From assembly GCA_965262115.1 (NCBI GenBank), contig OZ253496.1, positions 448,001-512,000 of the forward strand: 64,000 bases of DNA. The letters run 5' to 3'. The notes under the pieces were generated by a model. The model saw only the letters and a program-made list of their open reading frames with translations, searched no databases and was not told the DNA's origin. Origin of the DNA: Nitrospinales bacterium. Its GTDB lineage: Bacteria > Nitrospinota > Nitrospinia > Nitrospinales > VA-1. Below are positions 52,199-63,363 of this stretch, piece by piece (the first letter of the stretch is position 1; each line of letters opens with the position of its first letter). The translations under genes were made by a program, and so were the position numbers.

Positions 52199-52605
52199 GT
52201 TTCACCACTCAGGGTTTGGTAAAGGCCGATGGCATCGTCGATAAAGTCACCCATCACTTGCAACACCGCCTGCGCATTTTCTCCACTGTAGTCGTGGGCG
52301 GTGCCGATGCGCAAATCGGCGTAAAGCATCCATTGCTCCAAGGTCGAAGCAAACAGGTTATTCTCAAACGCCAGCCGAAACAAGGGTTTGGGGCTGTTGG
52401 GAACCTCGGGAAGACCCAACTCATCCTGCAAATAATGTTTCAAGACCTTCCATATACAGTCATAACAAGTCTCAAAACGCTGGACGACAGACTCTTTAAC
52501 GGCTTCCTGGATCAGGTCTGGCTGGGCTGGGTCCAGCGTTCTATAGTTCTCGTGCTGGAGTTCCAGATGTTTGAGTGACTTCTGAAATTTATCGTATTCG
52601 ATCAT
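52189..52605 (-). CDS. HEPN-domain RNase toxin (HI0074/nucleotidyltransferase substrate-binding family)
   Basis: VQRFETCYD..WK.LK, SPK..FR.A, RIGTAHDY = RX4HXY; stop overlaps the MNT-hsdS start. Confidence 0.9.
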   Translation of the reverse strand: MIEYDKFQKSLKHLELQHENYRTLDPAQPDLIQEAVKESVVQRFETCYDCIWKVLKHYLQDELGLPEVPNSPKPLFRLAFENNLFASTLEQWMLYADLRIGTAHDYSGENAQAVLQVMGDFIDDAIGLYQTLSGETWE

Positions 52606-52608
52606 GGT

Positions 52609-54222
<1,614 letters not shown>

Positions 54223-54481
54223 GGTTCGTTCCAGTCCTAATTATAAATATTGCTGTCCTGCTTCAAGCCTGCTCAAGTGCCTTTCTTCTCACATTGGATT
54301 GTCTATGCCGAATTATGGCAACCGTCATAGTACAGGAAGCCGCTTCCTAATAAAAACCCTAATATAAGCATGAAGCAATACGCCCATCAGAGGCATAGTA
54401 TGCTATTTATCATTTTCTTTTCAATGCCTTAAAAGGCTGGCTTGATTAAATTAAAAACTACTCCAACGCATCCTTAAATGT

Positions 54482-54871
54482 CTAGAGATTTCTTCGTAAA
54501 GCGTTAATGAGTCTTCTGGTTGATCTTCCTGGAGTTTTGCATTCCCAAAATGTCCACCCATTAACTGGATAGTTAGTGATTTGCATTGCCGCACTTGATG
54601 GGGAATCAAACTTTTTTCCGTCAAGGTCTAGTGCACCGTTATCAACCTTGGCGTAATAATTCTCTCCTTTGTGATGTGCATAAAATTCAGTGCCGTGTGG
54701 AAATGAGACTTTTTTCGTAATCCAGGGTTTTCCGTTCGCTAGATCATTGTTGATTTTTATTTTTGATAGGTTCAATAAGTCGCGAAGGACATCGTTGTAA
54801 GTAACCTCCTCCGTTAAACGCCTATTGGTTAACTCCTTAAAAACCTCAAAATCGATTTCAATGGCTTGCAT
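54482..54871 (-). CDS. RAMA/DUF4357-like domain protein with N-terminal RHH/SeqA-N-like segment
   Basis: MQAIEIDFEVFKEL...YNDVLRDLL; FDSPSSAA...VNGWTFW. Confidence 0.75.
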   Translation of the reverse strand: MQAIEIDFEVFKELTNRRLTEEVTYNDVLRDLLNLSKIKINNDLANGKPWITKKVSFPHGTEFYAHHKGENYYAKVDNGALDLDGKKFDSPSSAAMQITNYPVNGWTFWECKTPGRSTRRLINALRRNL

Positions 54872-54890
54872 ATTACTCTCCCAACCTAAA

Positions 54891-54952
54891 ATAGTTAACA
54901 TAGTTTATATTTTAACTATATCAACTATAATACCTTTAATATCAAGTGTCAA
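54891..54952 (-). promoter_or_regulatory. Sigma70 promoter overlapped by a symmetric four-box operator
   Basis: TTGACA (54952-54947)-N17-TATAGT (54929-54924); ATAGTT-N3-ATAGTT-N8-AACTAT-N3-AACTAT at 54891-54928. Confidence 0.8.
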
Positions 54953-55208
54953 TTGTTAGATTAGAAGGCAGAACGGGTACTTTATAGCAAGAAGAGGTCT
55001 ATGGCTAAAACAGGAACGGCAACCACATCGGGGTTTGGGAGCGGTAGTTCTCATAGTCCTCACCAAATTGCTCTTTTAAGGCCAGTTCTTCAAAGTGGAT
55101 TCTGAACTGGAAACCGAACCAGGCACAAAGTGTGCCGAGCGTTCCCCAAATCCATGAGTGGGTGGTGATGGCATAGGCAAGAATCACCAGCATCATCGTT
55201 GTGTAAGT

Positions 55209-55337
55209 GAGACCTTTGCGTAAGTCTATAAAGCAGAAAAGCGAGATGCTTCGACAAGCTCAGCATGACAATAAAAGGCTATTTTGTCATTCTGAAGAGC
55301 TATTGCAACGAAGAATCTTGGGTTATGCAAAGGTCTC
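55209..55337. mobile_element. 129-bp MITE with 15-bp TIRs and 9-bp target-site duplication
   Basis: TIRs gagacctttgcgtaa / ttatgcaaaggtctc; TSD tgtgtaagt at 55200-55208 and 55338-55346. Confidence 0.9.
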
Positions 55338-55736
55338 TGTGTAAGTGGGATGACGCATGCGGCCATGAAGGCCATCGGTTTTCAGGGTCTGTTTTTCGCG
55401 AAAGTCAATGTTGAACTTGAACCGCAAAACCCCCAACTGAACGATAGCCCAGATACGAAATACCGAGCCGACCAGAAACAGGGTTACGACCATGACCCCC
55501 TCCAAAAAAGCTACGGGAGCTTCAGTAGCACGAGAAACAAATGACATTCCCACCAGAGCCATGCAAATCGGTAACACATGTCCAAAGAGCTGTTGGAAAT
55601 ATGCCTTATTGAAGGTACAGTCTTCCGGCCTCTCGGTCAGGACGAAAATGATCATCTCAATAATGCCAAAAATCAAATTGATGAAGGAAACGACCATGAA
55701 TCGTCCAATATTGGCGTCGATCATCCCTAGAGGAAT

Positions 55737-55756
55737 GGGGGGGGGGGGGGGGGGGG
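55737..55756 (+). repeat. G20 homopolymer tract
   Basis: 20 consecutive G. Confidence 0.9.
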
Positions 55757-55900
55757 TGCCAGATAGGTGAGCCCGACCAGGATGATGTTGAAATTGAAGT
55801 TCTTGATCAAACAGGCGGCAAAAACCACGCCATAAACGGCAAAATTAATCTTTAACAGTAAAATGGCCTCCACACGTTGTTCCTCAAAATGACAATTTGT

Positions 55901-56000
55901 TCCGCCCCTGTCATGAGGGGAGGCCAGGAGGGGTGTGGATTTTCCTGACTAAATTCGTGAGCCAACCCTCCCCTAGCCCTCCCTATGAAGGGGGGGGGGA
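55901..56000. repeat. GC-rich palindromic REP-like element
   Basis: cccctgtcatgaggggaggccaggagggg ... ccctcccctagccctccctatgaaggggg inverted arms. Confidence 0.6.
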
Positions 56001-56334
56001 AGCTAAATCTCTTCCCTAAATAGTTTACCAGCACACATTATTGCTGAAACATCCGGAATCTGCTATTCTACTGTTCTTCAAGGTATTTTTATTATAAAAT
56101 ACTGTGATATTCAACGCGTAACCCCTATTTGTGACCATTTCTACCAGTTCCACAAATTCGGATTATAATTGACTCATTTTGGCGGGGCACCCCCGTTGGT
56201 AATGGGCAAAATCTTGTTAGCCGAGAAAACTTTTTGCTGGCGGATGCGATATTAAACCTAAACTTTCGTGCCCCGCAGGGGTAATAAAGTCTTTGCAATT
56301 TACCACCGGCAGTTCGCCGGTACTGAGGGAAATA

Positions 56335-58707
56335 ATGGATACAAAAGCACTGAATATTCCGGACGAGGTCCGGAAGGAAATTGATGCTTTCGCCGCAGAG
56401 GTGGAACGCCTGAACCGGGGCGAAGTCGGCGACGACGACTTCAAACGGTTCCGTCTGCAACAGGGAATTTATGGTCAGCGTCAGGATGGCGAGCAGATGG
56501 TGCGAACCAAACTGCCTGCAGGAAAAATGACCAGCGATCAATTGCATTGTCTGGCGGATTTTGCCGAGAAATATTCTCACGGCATCCTGCACATCACCAC
56601 ACGTCAGGACATCCAACTACATTATGTAAACATTCAAAACGTTGCCCAGGGCCTTGAAGACCTTGCTCAGTCAGGCGTCACCACCCGGGAAGCCTGTGGC
56701 AACACCGTGCGTAACGTAACCGCCTGCCACAAAGCGGGGACCTGCTCTACAGAAGTATTTGATGTCGCCCCTTATGCGCTGGCGGTTTCAAAATATCTCC
56801 TGCGTAAAGATTTAACGCAGAACCTGCCGCGAAAGTTCAAAATCAGCTTCGGCGGTTGTAACGGATGCGGACTGGCACCGATCCACGACATCGGGCTGAA
56901 AGCGGTTATTCAGAATGATGTACGCGGTTTCCGCGTTCTGATTGGCGGTGGGCTGGGTTCGTTCCCCCATGCCGCAAAAAATTTGGTCGATTTCATTCCG
57001 CAAGACAATTTGTTGCAGTTGTGTGAGGCCATTGTCTCGGTCTTCGACAAATACGGCGACAAAAGAAACCGCAATAAAGCCAGGCTGAAGTTTGTGGTGG
57101 ATAAGCTTGGCATGGATAAAATCAAAGAACTCTATGAAGAGGAATATGCGGCGCTGAATGGAAAGACCTACCCGGCTATTGAGGATTTAGAGAGCGGCAT
57201 TCCAGAAATCCCTGCATATAAGCCCAATAACCATCACGACTCTGATCCGGAGTTTCAACTCTGGAAAGGCCGGAACATTGAGGCGCAGAAACAAGAGGGA
57301 TTCAACAACGTCCAGATCAAATTGATACTCGGCGATTTCAATGTTTCACAGGCTAAAGCATTGGCAAGCATTGCCGAAAAATATGCGGGTGCAAGCATCA
57401 TCTGCACGGTCAACCAGAACGTGATGATCCCCTGGGTGAAAGAAGATGCCTTCGGTTGTATCTATCACGAACTCAAAAGCATCGGGCTGCATAAAGCCGG
57501 CACCGAAGAGATCCGCGATATTACTTGTTGTCCGGGTTCAGAAACCTGTAACCTCGGCATCACGGCCTCGCGCGGGTTGGTGCAGGAACTCAACAAGGAA
57601 ATGGAAAACGGGTTTGAGACCACCAAGGATCTTGACCATATTTCCATCAAGGCGAGCGGTTGCCCGAACTCCTGCGGACAACATCATATTGCTTCCATCG
57701 GTTTTCATGGAGGAGCAAAAAAATTAAATGGTATTCTAACTCCTCATTATGAAGTTTTTCTTGGTGGAAGGGTTTCGGAAGATGATGTGGTGTTTGGCAC
57801 ATCGGTCATTAAAATTCCTGCCAAAAATGCTCCAGCAGCCACAAAGCTGACGCTCGAAGACTATAAAACCGGGAAACAAGACGGCGAAATGTTTGGCGAA
57901 TATTTTGACCGTAAAGGTAAAATTTATTTCCGCGACTTGCTCACTCAGCTTAAAGCTTTACCGGAAATTGAGAAGTCCCCGGAATCTTATATCGATTACG
58001 GGTCCACAGAAAAATTCAGCCTCGAAGATCGTGGGCAGGGCGAATGTGCCGGTGCTGTCACCGACATGATCACCGACCGCATCACCGAAGCTGAGCGGAC
58101 CCATTTCCAGGGCAAACTCAGCCTGGAGAAAAAATCTTTCAAGGAAACATGTGAACACGCCAAGCGTTCGGTCATTGCTTCGGCCCGTGCCTTGCTGGTT
58201 ACCGAGGGCATGGACTTCAATGATGACTGGGAGTGTCTGAAAAAATTTCAGTCTCTGGTCATCGATATGGAAATTGTATCGGCGAAATTTGCAAAGCTAA
58301 TAGACAGCTTTGAGGCTACTCCTGAAGCCGCAGATGAAAAAATGGCGGAATGGTGGTTGTCGGATGCCGGAGAACTGGTTGCGGAAAGTAAAAAGATTCA
58401 GGGCACCATGCAATCAGAAAAAACTTTAAGAATGCGTGTCGGGGGAGATGATTCGAAAGAAAAGGCTAAATCAGCAAACGGTGGTGGCAAACAAAGCATC
58501 GACCTTCTCGGAGTCAAATGTCCGTTCAATTACGTCAAAACAAAAATCAAGCTTGAGACAATGACACCCGGAAGCGTGTTGGAAGTATTGCTGGATGCCG
58601 GTGAACCCTCCGAGAATGTGCCTCGAAGTATTAAAAATTATGGACACAAGGTTGTTTCCCTGACTGAAGAAAACGGCCATTATAAACTGACCGTGGAAAA
58701 GAATTAA
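56335..58707 (+). CDS. Ferredoxin-dependent nitrite/sulfite reductase (siroheme) fused to a helical domain and a C-terminal TusA/SirA domain
   Basis: RLQQGIYGQRQ, TTRQDIQ, LPRKFK, CPGSETC..SGCPNSCG; C-terminal DLLGVKCPFNYVK. Confidence 0.9.
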   Translation: MDTKALNIPDEVRKEIDAFAAEVERLNRGEVGDDDFKRFRLQQGIYGQRQDGEQMVRTKLPAGKMTSDQLHCLADFAEKYSHGILHITTRQDIQLHYVNIQNVAQGLEDLAQSGVTTREACGNTVRNVTACHKAGTCSTEVFDVAPYALAVSKYLLRKDLTQNLPRKFKISFGGCNGCGLAPIHDIGLKAVIQNDVRGFRVLIGGGLGSFPHAAKNLVDFIPQDNLLQLCEAIVSVFDKYGDKRNRNKARLKFVVDKLGMDKIKELYEEEYAALNGKTYPAIEDLESGIPEIPAYKPNNHHDSDPEFQLWKGRNIEAQKQEGFNNVQIKLILGDFNVSQAKALASIAEKYAGASIICTVNQNVMIPWVKEDAFGCIYHELKSIGLHKAGTEEIRDITCCPGSETCNLGITASRGLVQELNKEMENGFETTKDLDHISIKASGCPNSCGQHHIASIGFHGGAKKLNGILTPHYEVFLGGRVSEDDVVFGTSVIKIPAKNAPAATKLTLEDYKTGKQDGEMFGEYFDRKGKIYFRDLLTQLKALPEIEKSPESYIDYGSTEKFSLEDRGQGECAGAVTDMITDRITEAERTHFQGKLSLEKKSFKETCEHAKRSVIASARALLVTEGMDFNDDWECLKKFQSLVIDMEIVSAKFAKLIDSFEATPEAADEKMAEWWLSDAGELVAESKKIQGTMQSEKTLRMRVGGDDSKEKAKSANGGGKQSIDLLGVKCPFNYVKTKIKLETMTPGSVLEVLLDAGEPSENVPRSIKNYGHKVVSLTEENGHYKLTVEKN

Positions 58708-59588
58708 TGCTGATCAGTATGACCGGATTTGGCCGGGCAGAGTGCCAGGATGGAGATTATTCCTACAAGGCTGAAATCCGATCGGTCAACAACCGTTTTA
58801 TAGAAATCAATACACGCCTGCCTAAAGCTTTTCTGGATATGGAGCTCCCCCTGAAAAAGCTGATCAAGTCGCATTGTGCACGGGGCTCCATCAACATCAC
58901 CATTTCCCTGTACAACTCCAATGGCAATTCTGGAGAATGGGAAATTAAGGCCAACCTTCCCCTTGCCTCTCAATATGTAGAAGCAGTAAAAGAAATTCAA
59001 ACTTCTCTAGGGCTCGAAGGTAAGTTGAGCATTGATTCTGTGATTGGGCTTAGGGATATCTTAAAAGTGGAACCCGTTGCCATCGACCCAGCGAAAGAAA
59101 GCCTGCTCCTGAACATGGCGGAATCTGCCCTCACCTCGCTACAGAAAATGCGAGAGGAAGAGTGGCAGCATTTACAAAAAGACCTTTCAGAACGAATTGA
59201 CAGCATCGAAAAACACGCGGAGCAGATAGAAAAACGGCAACCCAAAGTCATTCAGGACTACAAAGCCCGGCTTAAGGAAAAAATTAAACTGCTTAACGAC
59301 GGTATCGAGATTGACGAGAGCCGCCTGGCCCAGGAAACCGCTATTATGGCAGACCGGTGCGACATTACAGAAGAAATCACGCGGCTGGGTAGCCACCTCA
59401 ATCAATTCAGAAATTTGTTTGACTCGTCAGAGCCTATAGGCAGGAAACTGGAATTCATCACCCAGGAAATCAACCGGGAGGTCAACACAATGGGTTCAAA
59501 ATCCAGCGATACCCAGTTGGCCAATCTGGTCATTGAGATAAAAAGAACACTTGAAAAGATACGGGAACAGTTGCAGAACATTGAGTGA
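58707..59588 (+). CDS. yicC: YicC/YloC family endoribonuclease
   Basis: SMTGFGR, IRSVNNRF, DITEEITRL, GRKLEFI.QE.NRE.NT.GSK, REQLQNIE. Confidence 0.95.
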   Translation: MLISMTGFGRAECQDGDYSYKAEIRSVNNRFIEINTRLPKAFLDMELPLKKLIKSHCARGSINITISLYNSNGNSGEWEIKANLPLASQYVEAVKEIQTSLGLEGKLSIDSVIGLRDILKVEPVAIDPAKESLLLNMAESALTSLQKMREEEWQHLQKDLSERIDSIEKHAEQIEKRQPKVIQDYKARLKEKIKLLNDGIEIDESRLAQETAIMADRCDITEEITRLGSHLNQFRNLFDSSEPIGRKLEFITQEINREVNTMGSKSSDTQLANLVIEIKRTLEKIREQLQNIE

Positions 59589-59641
59589 TTGGTTTTCTCA
59601 GTTTTCACCGCAAAATTTTATAAATATTTAGGATCGCTACA

Positions 59642-60265
59642 ATGCCTGAAGGATTTGCCCTGATACTTTCCGCCCCTTCCGGGACAGGAAAAACCACCAC
59701 CTGCAAACTTTTGCGTGAAGAATTGCCTGATTTAAAATTCGCAGTTTCTCACACCACCCGAGAAATCCGGAATGGCGAAAAGGATGGTGAGGATTATATC
59801 TTCGTATCCAAAAAAGAATTCGAAGATAAAATCAAAAATAATGGTTTCCTCGAATGGGCTCAGGTCCACGGTTTTTATTATGGCACCTCTCTGGAGTCCG
59901 CTGACGCAACTCTAAAAAGCGGACACGACACTCTTCTGGAACTGGATATTCAAGGCGTTGAATCATTGCGGAAAATGGAATACCAGGTAATTTATATTCT
60001 TATCCTTCCGCCCTCAATCGCAGAAATGGAAGCCCGGCTCAATAAACGAGGGACCGACTCAAAAGATCGCATCCAACAACGAGTAGAAACCGGAAAAGAG
60101 GAAATCAAAAAATATAAAATGTACGATTACGTCATCACCAACCATGTGGTCAAAGATACGGTGAATGCTGTCCTCTCTATCCTGCAGGCGGAAAAAGTCA
60201 AAGCCTGCCAGTACCGCCCCACCTCACCCGACATTGAAGTATTATTAAAAGATGGGGTTGATTGA
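59642..60265 (+). CDS. gmk: Guanylate kinase
   Basis: SAPSGTGKTT, SHTTR, FLEWA.VHG.YYGT, DIQG. Confidence 0.96.
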   Translation: MPEGFALILSAPSGTGKTTTCKLLREELPDLKFAVSHTTREIRNGEKDGEDYIFVSKKEFEDKIKNNGFLEWAQVHGFYYGTSLESADATLKSGHDTLLELDIQGVESLRKMEYQVIYILILPPSIAEMEARLNKRGTDSKDRIQQRVETGKEEIKKYKMYDYVITNHVVKDTVNAVLSILQAEKVKACQYRPTSPDIEVLLKDGVD

Positions 60266-61338
60266 ACATGTCTCGCGTCGACCTCATGGAGTTGGTCAGG
60301 AACAAGATTAAAGGACTGAAAGCCTATCAGGTGGAGAGCTTGGATGAGGGTACCAAGTTACACGCTAATGAGAATCCATATCCTCCCTCGCCGGAATTGT
60401 TGAAAAAAATATTTCAACAGTTGGATAAGTTTGAACTTAATCGTTATCCCGACCCCGATTGCAGGGACCTGAAACAAGCCCTCGCCAACACCACAGGCGC
60501 TCTTCCCGAACAAATCATCATTGGAAACGGTTCAGATGAATTGATTCAATATCTGATGCAAGTTCTATGTGATGAAGGGGACGCTATCGCCTTCCCGGAC
60601 CCGACATTTGCCATGTACGGCATCACGGCACAATGCCTGGGGTTGAATCCTGTCAGCTTCCCCCTCAATGATAGTTGGGATTTCGAAGCCCGGTCAGCAT
60701 TGAAAGTTCTCGCTGAACATAAGGCTCGTATAGTTTTCATTAGTTATCCCAACAACCCAACAGGAAATTGCTTTTCCGGGCAGGAAATTCAACAGATCAT
60801 TGAACAGTTTGAAGGCATTGTGGTGCTAGATGAGGCCTATCATGACTTTTCAGAAAAAAGTTTTTTCAACCAAATGGAAAAACATAACAACCTGGTTATT
60901 CTGAGGAGTTTGTCAAAAATAGGCCTAGCGGGACTCCGAATAGGTTATGGAATTTTCCCGGTTATGCTTGCAGAACAAGTTAACAAAGTTCGCCTGCCTT
61001 ATAACTCGAACTCAATATCACAATGGGTCGCGACCGAACTCCTCAATGACTTCAGCCATGTGAAAAAACAAATCCATTCTATTTTAGAGGAGCGTAATCG
61101 GCTGATGGATGAATTATCGAAACTGCCCGCCATTACCGTGTATCCCTCAAACTCTAATTTCATTTTGTTTCAGGCACCCGAGGGTGGAGAAAAGTTGTTC
61201 AATGACCTGAAAAAAAATGGGACCCTGTTGCGGAACCTGAATTCTCACCCCAGATTAAAGAACTGTCTGCGCGTTACGATAGGAACCAAACGGGAAAACG
61301 ACCAGTTCCTGGATCAGTTACGAAAAGTCTCCTCATAA
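60262..61338 (+). CDS. hisC: Histidinol-phosphate aminotransferase
   Basis: LHANENPY, NRYPD, GNGSDELI, PNNPTG, DEAY, RSLSK.GLAGLRIGY. Confidence 0.93.
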   Translation: MNMSRVDLMELVRNKIKGLKAYQVESLDEGTKLHANENPYPPSPELLKKIFQQLDKFELNRYPDPDCRDLKQALANTTGALPEQIIIGNGSDELIQYLMQVLCDEGDAIAFPDPTFAMYGITAQCLGLNPVSFPLNDSWDFEARSALKVLAEHKARIVFISYPNNPTGNCFSGQEIQQIIEQFEGIVVLDEAYHDFSEKSFFNQMEKHNNLVILRSLSKIGLAGLRIGYGIFPVMLAEQVNKVRLPYNSNSISQWVATELLNDFSHVKKQIHSILEERNRLMDELSKLPAITVYPSNSNFILFQAPEGGEKLFNDLKKNGTLLRNLNSHPRLKNCLRVTIGTKRENDQFLDQLRKVSS

Positions 61339-61345
61339 ACCGCTT

Positions 61346-62371
61346 ATGCAGAGTTGGATAAAAATAATTCTCATCACTGGTTTCTGGGGGTTTTTGGCCT
61401 TGATATGGATCGTGATAGGCATGTTCTACTATCAGGGCTCTCGCCCTGCCAGCGAGGACAGCCAGACCAGGGTCTTTGAAATACAACCGGGAATGACCTT
61501 GAAGCAGGTGGCCCACGAACTTTCCCGCCAAGGGCTGATCCGCAGTTCCAGCGCTTTTCAGGCCATCGCCTACATTCAGGACAAACAGAAGCAAGTCATG
61601 GTCGGGGAGTTCAGCCTGTCACCTTCCATGCTCCCTTCCGAGATCATTCTTCGGATCACCTCAGGAAAAACAGTCCTCTACTCTGTCACCATCCCGGAGG
61701 GTTACCGGATAACAGAAATCGCCGCACTTCTTCACTCGGTAGGTCTGGCAGACTCAGAAAGTTTTATCCGCCAAACCCGGGATGAAAGTTTAATCCGGTC
61801 CCTGGACATACCCACTGACAGCCTGGAAGGTTATTTGTTCCCGGAAACTTACCATTTCAGCAAATTCACGCCAGAAGCAAAAATTGTTCAGAAGATGGTG
61901 GATACGTTTAAGGAACAAGTTTCAAAGTCCCAAATGTTGAAGAGCGCAAAGGAAAGTCCTCTCTCCTGGCACGAAATCATTACCCTGGCTTCCCTGATAG
62001 AAAAGGAAACCGGGTTGGACTCGGAGCGTAAATTGATCGCGTCCGTCTTTCATAACCGGCTAAGGAAAAATATGCGCCTGCAAACCGATCCCACCGTGAT
62101 TTACGCGATAGATAAGTTCGACGGCAATATCCGCAAACGAGATTTGAAAATCGATTCTCCTTACAACACCTACCGATATAAAGGGCTGCCCCCTGGCCCA
62201 ATCGCCAGCCCGGGAATCAAATCCATCGTAGCTGCACTATCCCCGGTTGAGTCCGATCACCTGTATTTTGTTTCCCGAAAAAATGGCAGCCATCATTTTT
62301 CTTCGACCCTGATAGAACATAACCGGGCCGTACAAAAATATCAGTTGAGAAAAGTCAATTCTCCCAGATAA
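61346..62371 (+). CDS. mltG: Endolytic murein transglycosylase
   Basis: TIPEG, LEGYLFPETY, ASLIEKE, LQTDPT, SPYNTY..GLPPGPI. Confidence 0.95.
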   Translation: MQSWIKIILITGFWGFLALIWIVIGMFYYQGSRPASEDSQTRVFEIQPGMTLKQVAHELSRQGLIRSSSAFQAIAYIQDKQKQVMVGEFSLSPSMLPSEIILRITSGKTVLYSVTIPEGYRITEIAALLHSVGLADSESFIRQTRDESLIRSLDIPTDSLEGYLFPETYHFSKFTPEAKIVQKMVDTFKEQVSKSQMLKSAKESPLSWHEIITLASLIEKETGLDSERKLIASVFHNRLRKNMRLQTDPTVIYAIDKFDGNIRKRDLKIDSPYNTYRYKGLPPGPIASPGIKSIVAALSPVESDHLYFVSRKNGSHHFSSTLIEHNRAVQKYQLRKVNSPR

Positions 62372-62393
62372 TCCTTTTGTTCAAGAGCCCCGG

Positions 62394-62576
62394 TTAATTG
62401 TTCTGGTTCAAACATTTTTTGAACAATAACACTGGGCTCTGAATTTTTTCGTACTGTTCCCGGAGCCTGGCATATTTCTCAGTCAATTTAAGAAGTTTTT
62501 CCGCCAGCACTGCATTCGACCCATTTAGCAAAATAGCCACTTCCTTCCAATTCACCTCCTGGTCATTCGGCTCCAT
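62394..62576 (-). CDS. Small hypothetical protein
   Basis: RBS ggaggg, 60-aa coiled-coil-like ORF. Confidence 0.5.
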   Translation of the reverse strand: MEPNDQEVNWKEVAILLNGSNAVLAEKLLKLTEKYARLREQYEKIQSPVLLFKKCLNQNN

Positions 62577-62637
62577 GACTCACCCCTCCATTGAGATCGG
62601 CCATACCAAAACACTGAACTCAAATATTATTGATTAT

Positions 62638-63355
62638 GGGGCTGTCCTGGATAAGATCGAACAGGTGTTATGATGGGTAGTATGAGAAAGAGCCGATTAA
62701 GCGATTATAAACAAGGGCGTCTTCTTGAGCATTTTGTGTCGGGGTCTACGGCCCGAACCGCAGCATCCCTTGTGGGTGTGAATAAGTCTACGGCAGCTTA
62801 TTATTTTCATCGCTTGCGAGAAATCATTGCTTTCGAACTTGGGCGTGAAGGTCATGAAGTCTTTGGCGGAGAGATTGAAGTTGATGAGAGTTACTTTGGC
62901 GGACGACATAAAGGCAAGCTAAGGACGAGGTGCTGCCGGTAAAGTCCCCGTTTTTGGCCTATTGAAGCGAGGGGGTAAGGTCTCACGAAGATTATACCTG
63001 ATGCTTCTTCCTCGACTTTATATCCCGTCATTGAGCGCAAGGTTATACCTGATAGCATTGTCTGCAGCGATTGTTGGCGCGGATATAATGTGCTGGATGT
63101 GTCAGAGTTCAAGCACTACCGGATCAATCACTCAAAGCTGTTTGCAGACAGGCATAACCATATCAATGGAATTGAGAATTTTTGGAATCAGGCCAAGCGT
63201 CACATGCGCAAATTCAACGGTGCTCCAAAGGTACATTTTGGCCTATTTCTGAAGTAATGCGAGTGGCGATTTAACAACCCAAAACCTAAAACCCAGCTAA
63301 AGACACTTAAACAATGGGTTAAACAATATATGGGCTAGTTGTCTGGTACAGCCCC
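62638..63355 (+). mobile_element. IS1595-family (IS1016-like) element, 718 bp, transposase inactivated
   Basis: Imperfect TIRs ggggctgtcctggataa / ttgtctggtacagcccc. Transposase motifs MRKSRLS, EVDESYFGG, RGAAGK, HINGIENFW..AKR. Frameshifts near 62920 and 62983, stop at 63255. No matching TSD. Confidence 0.92.
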
Positions 63356-63363
63356 TATAGTTT

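Larger units (their letters stand above)
55005..55873 (-). pseudogene. Isoprenylcysteine carboxyl methyltransferase-family membrane protein, disrupted by a poly-C frameshift and a MITE
   Basis: RHPTY...RIHFEELAL..FGEDY..Y..TP motifs are split by an insertion; the 5' part from GTG 55873 is out of frame across the G20 tract. Confidence 0.85.

Noticed and set aside
62630..63363. Target-site duplication for the IS1595 element
   Set aside because: Flanks ttgattat and tatagttt do not match
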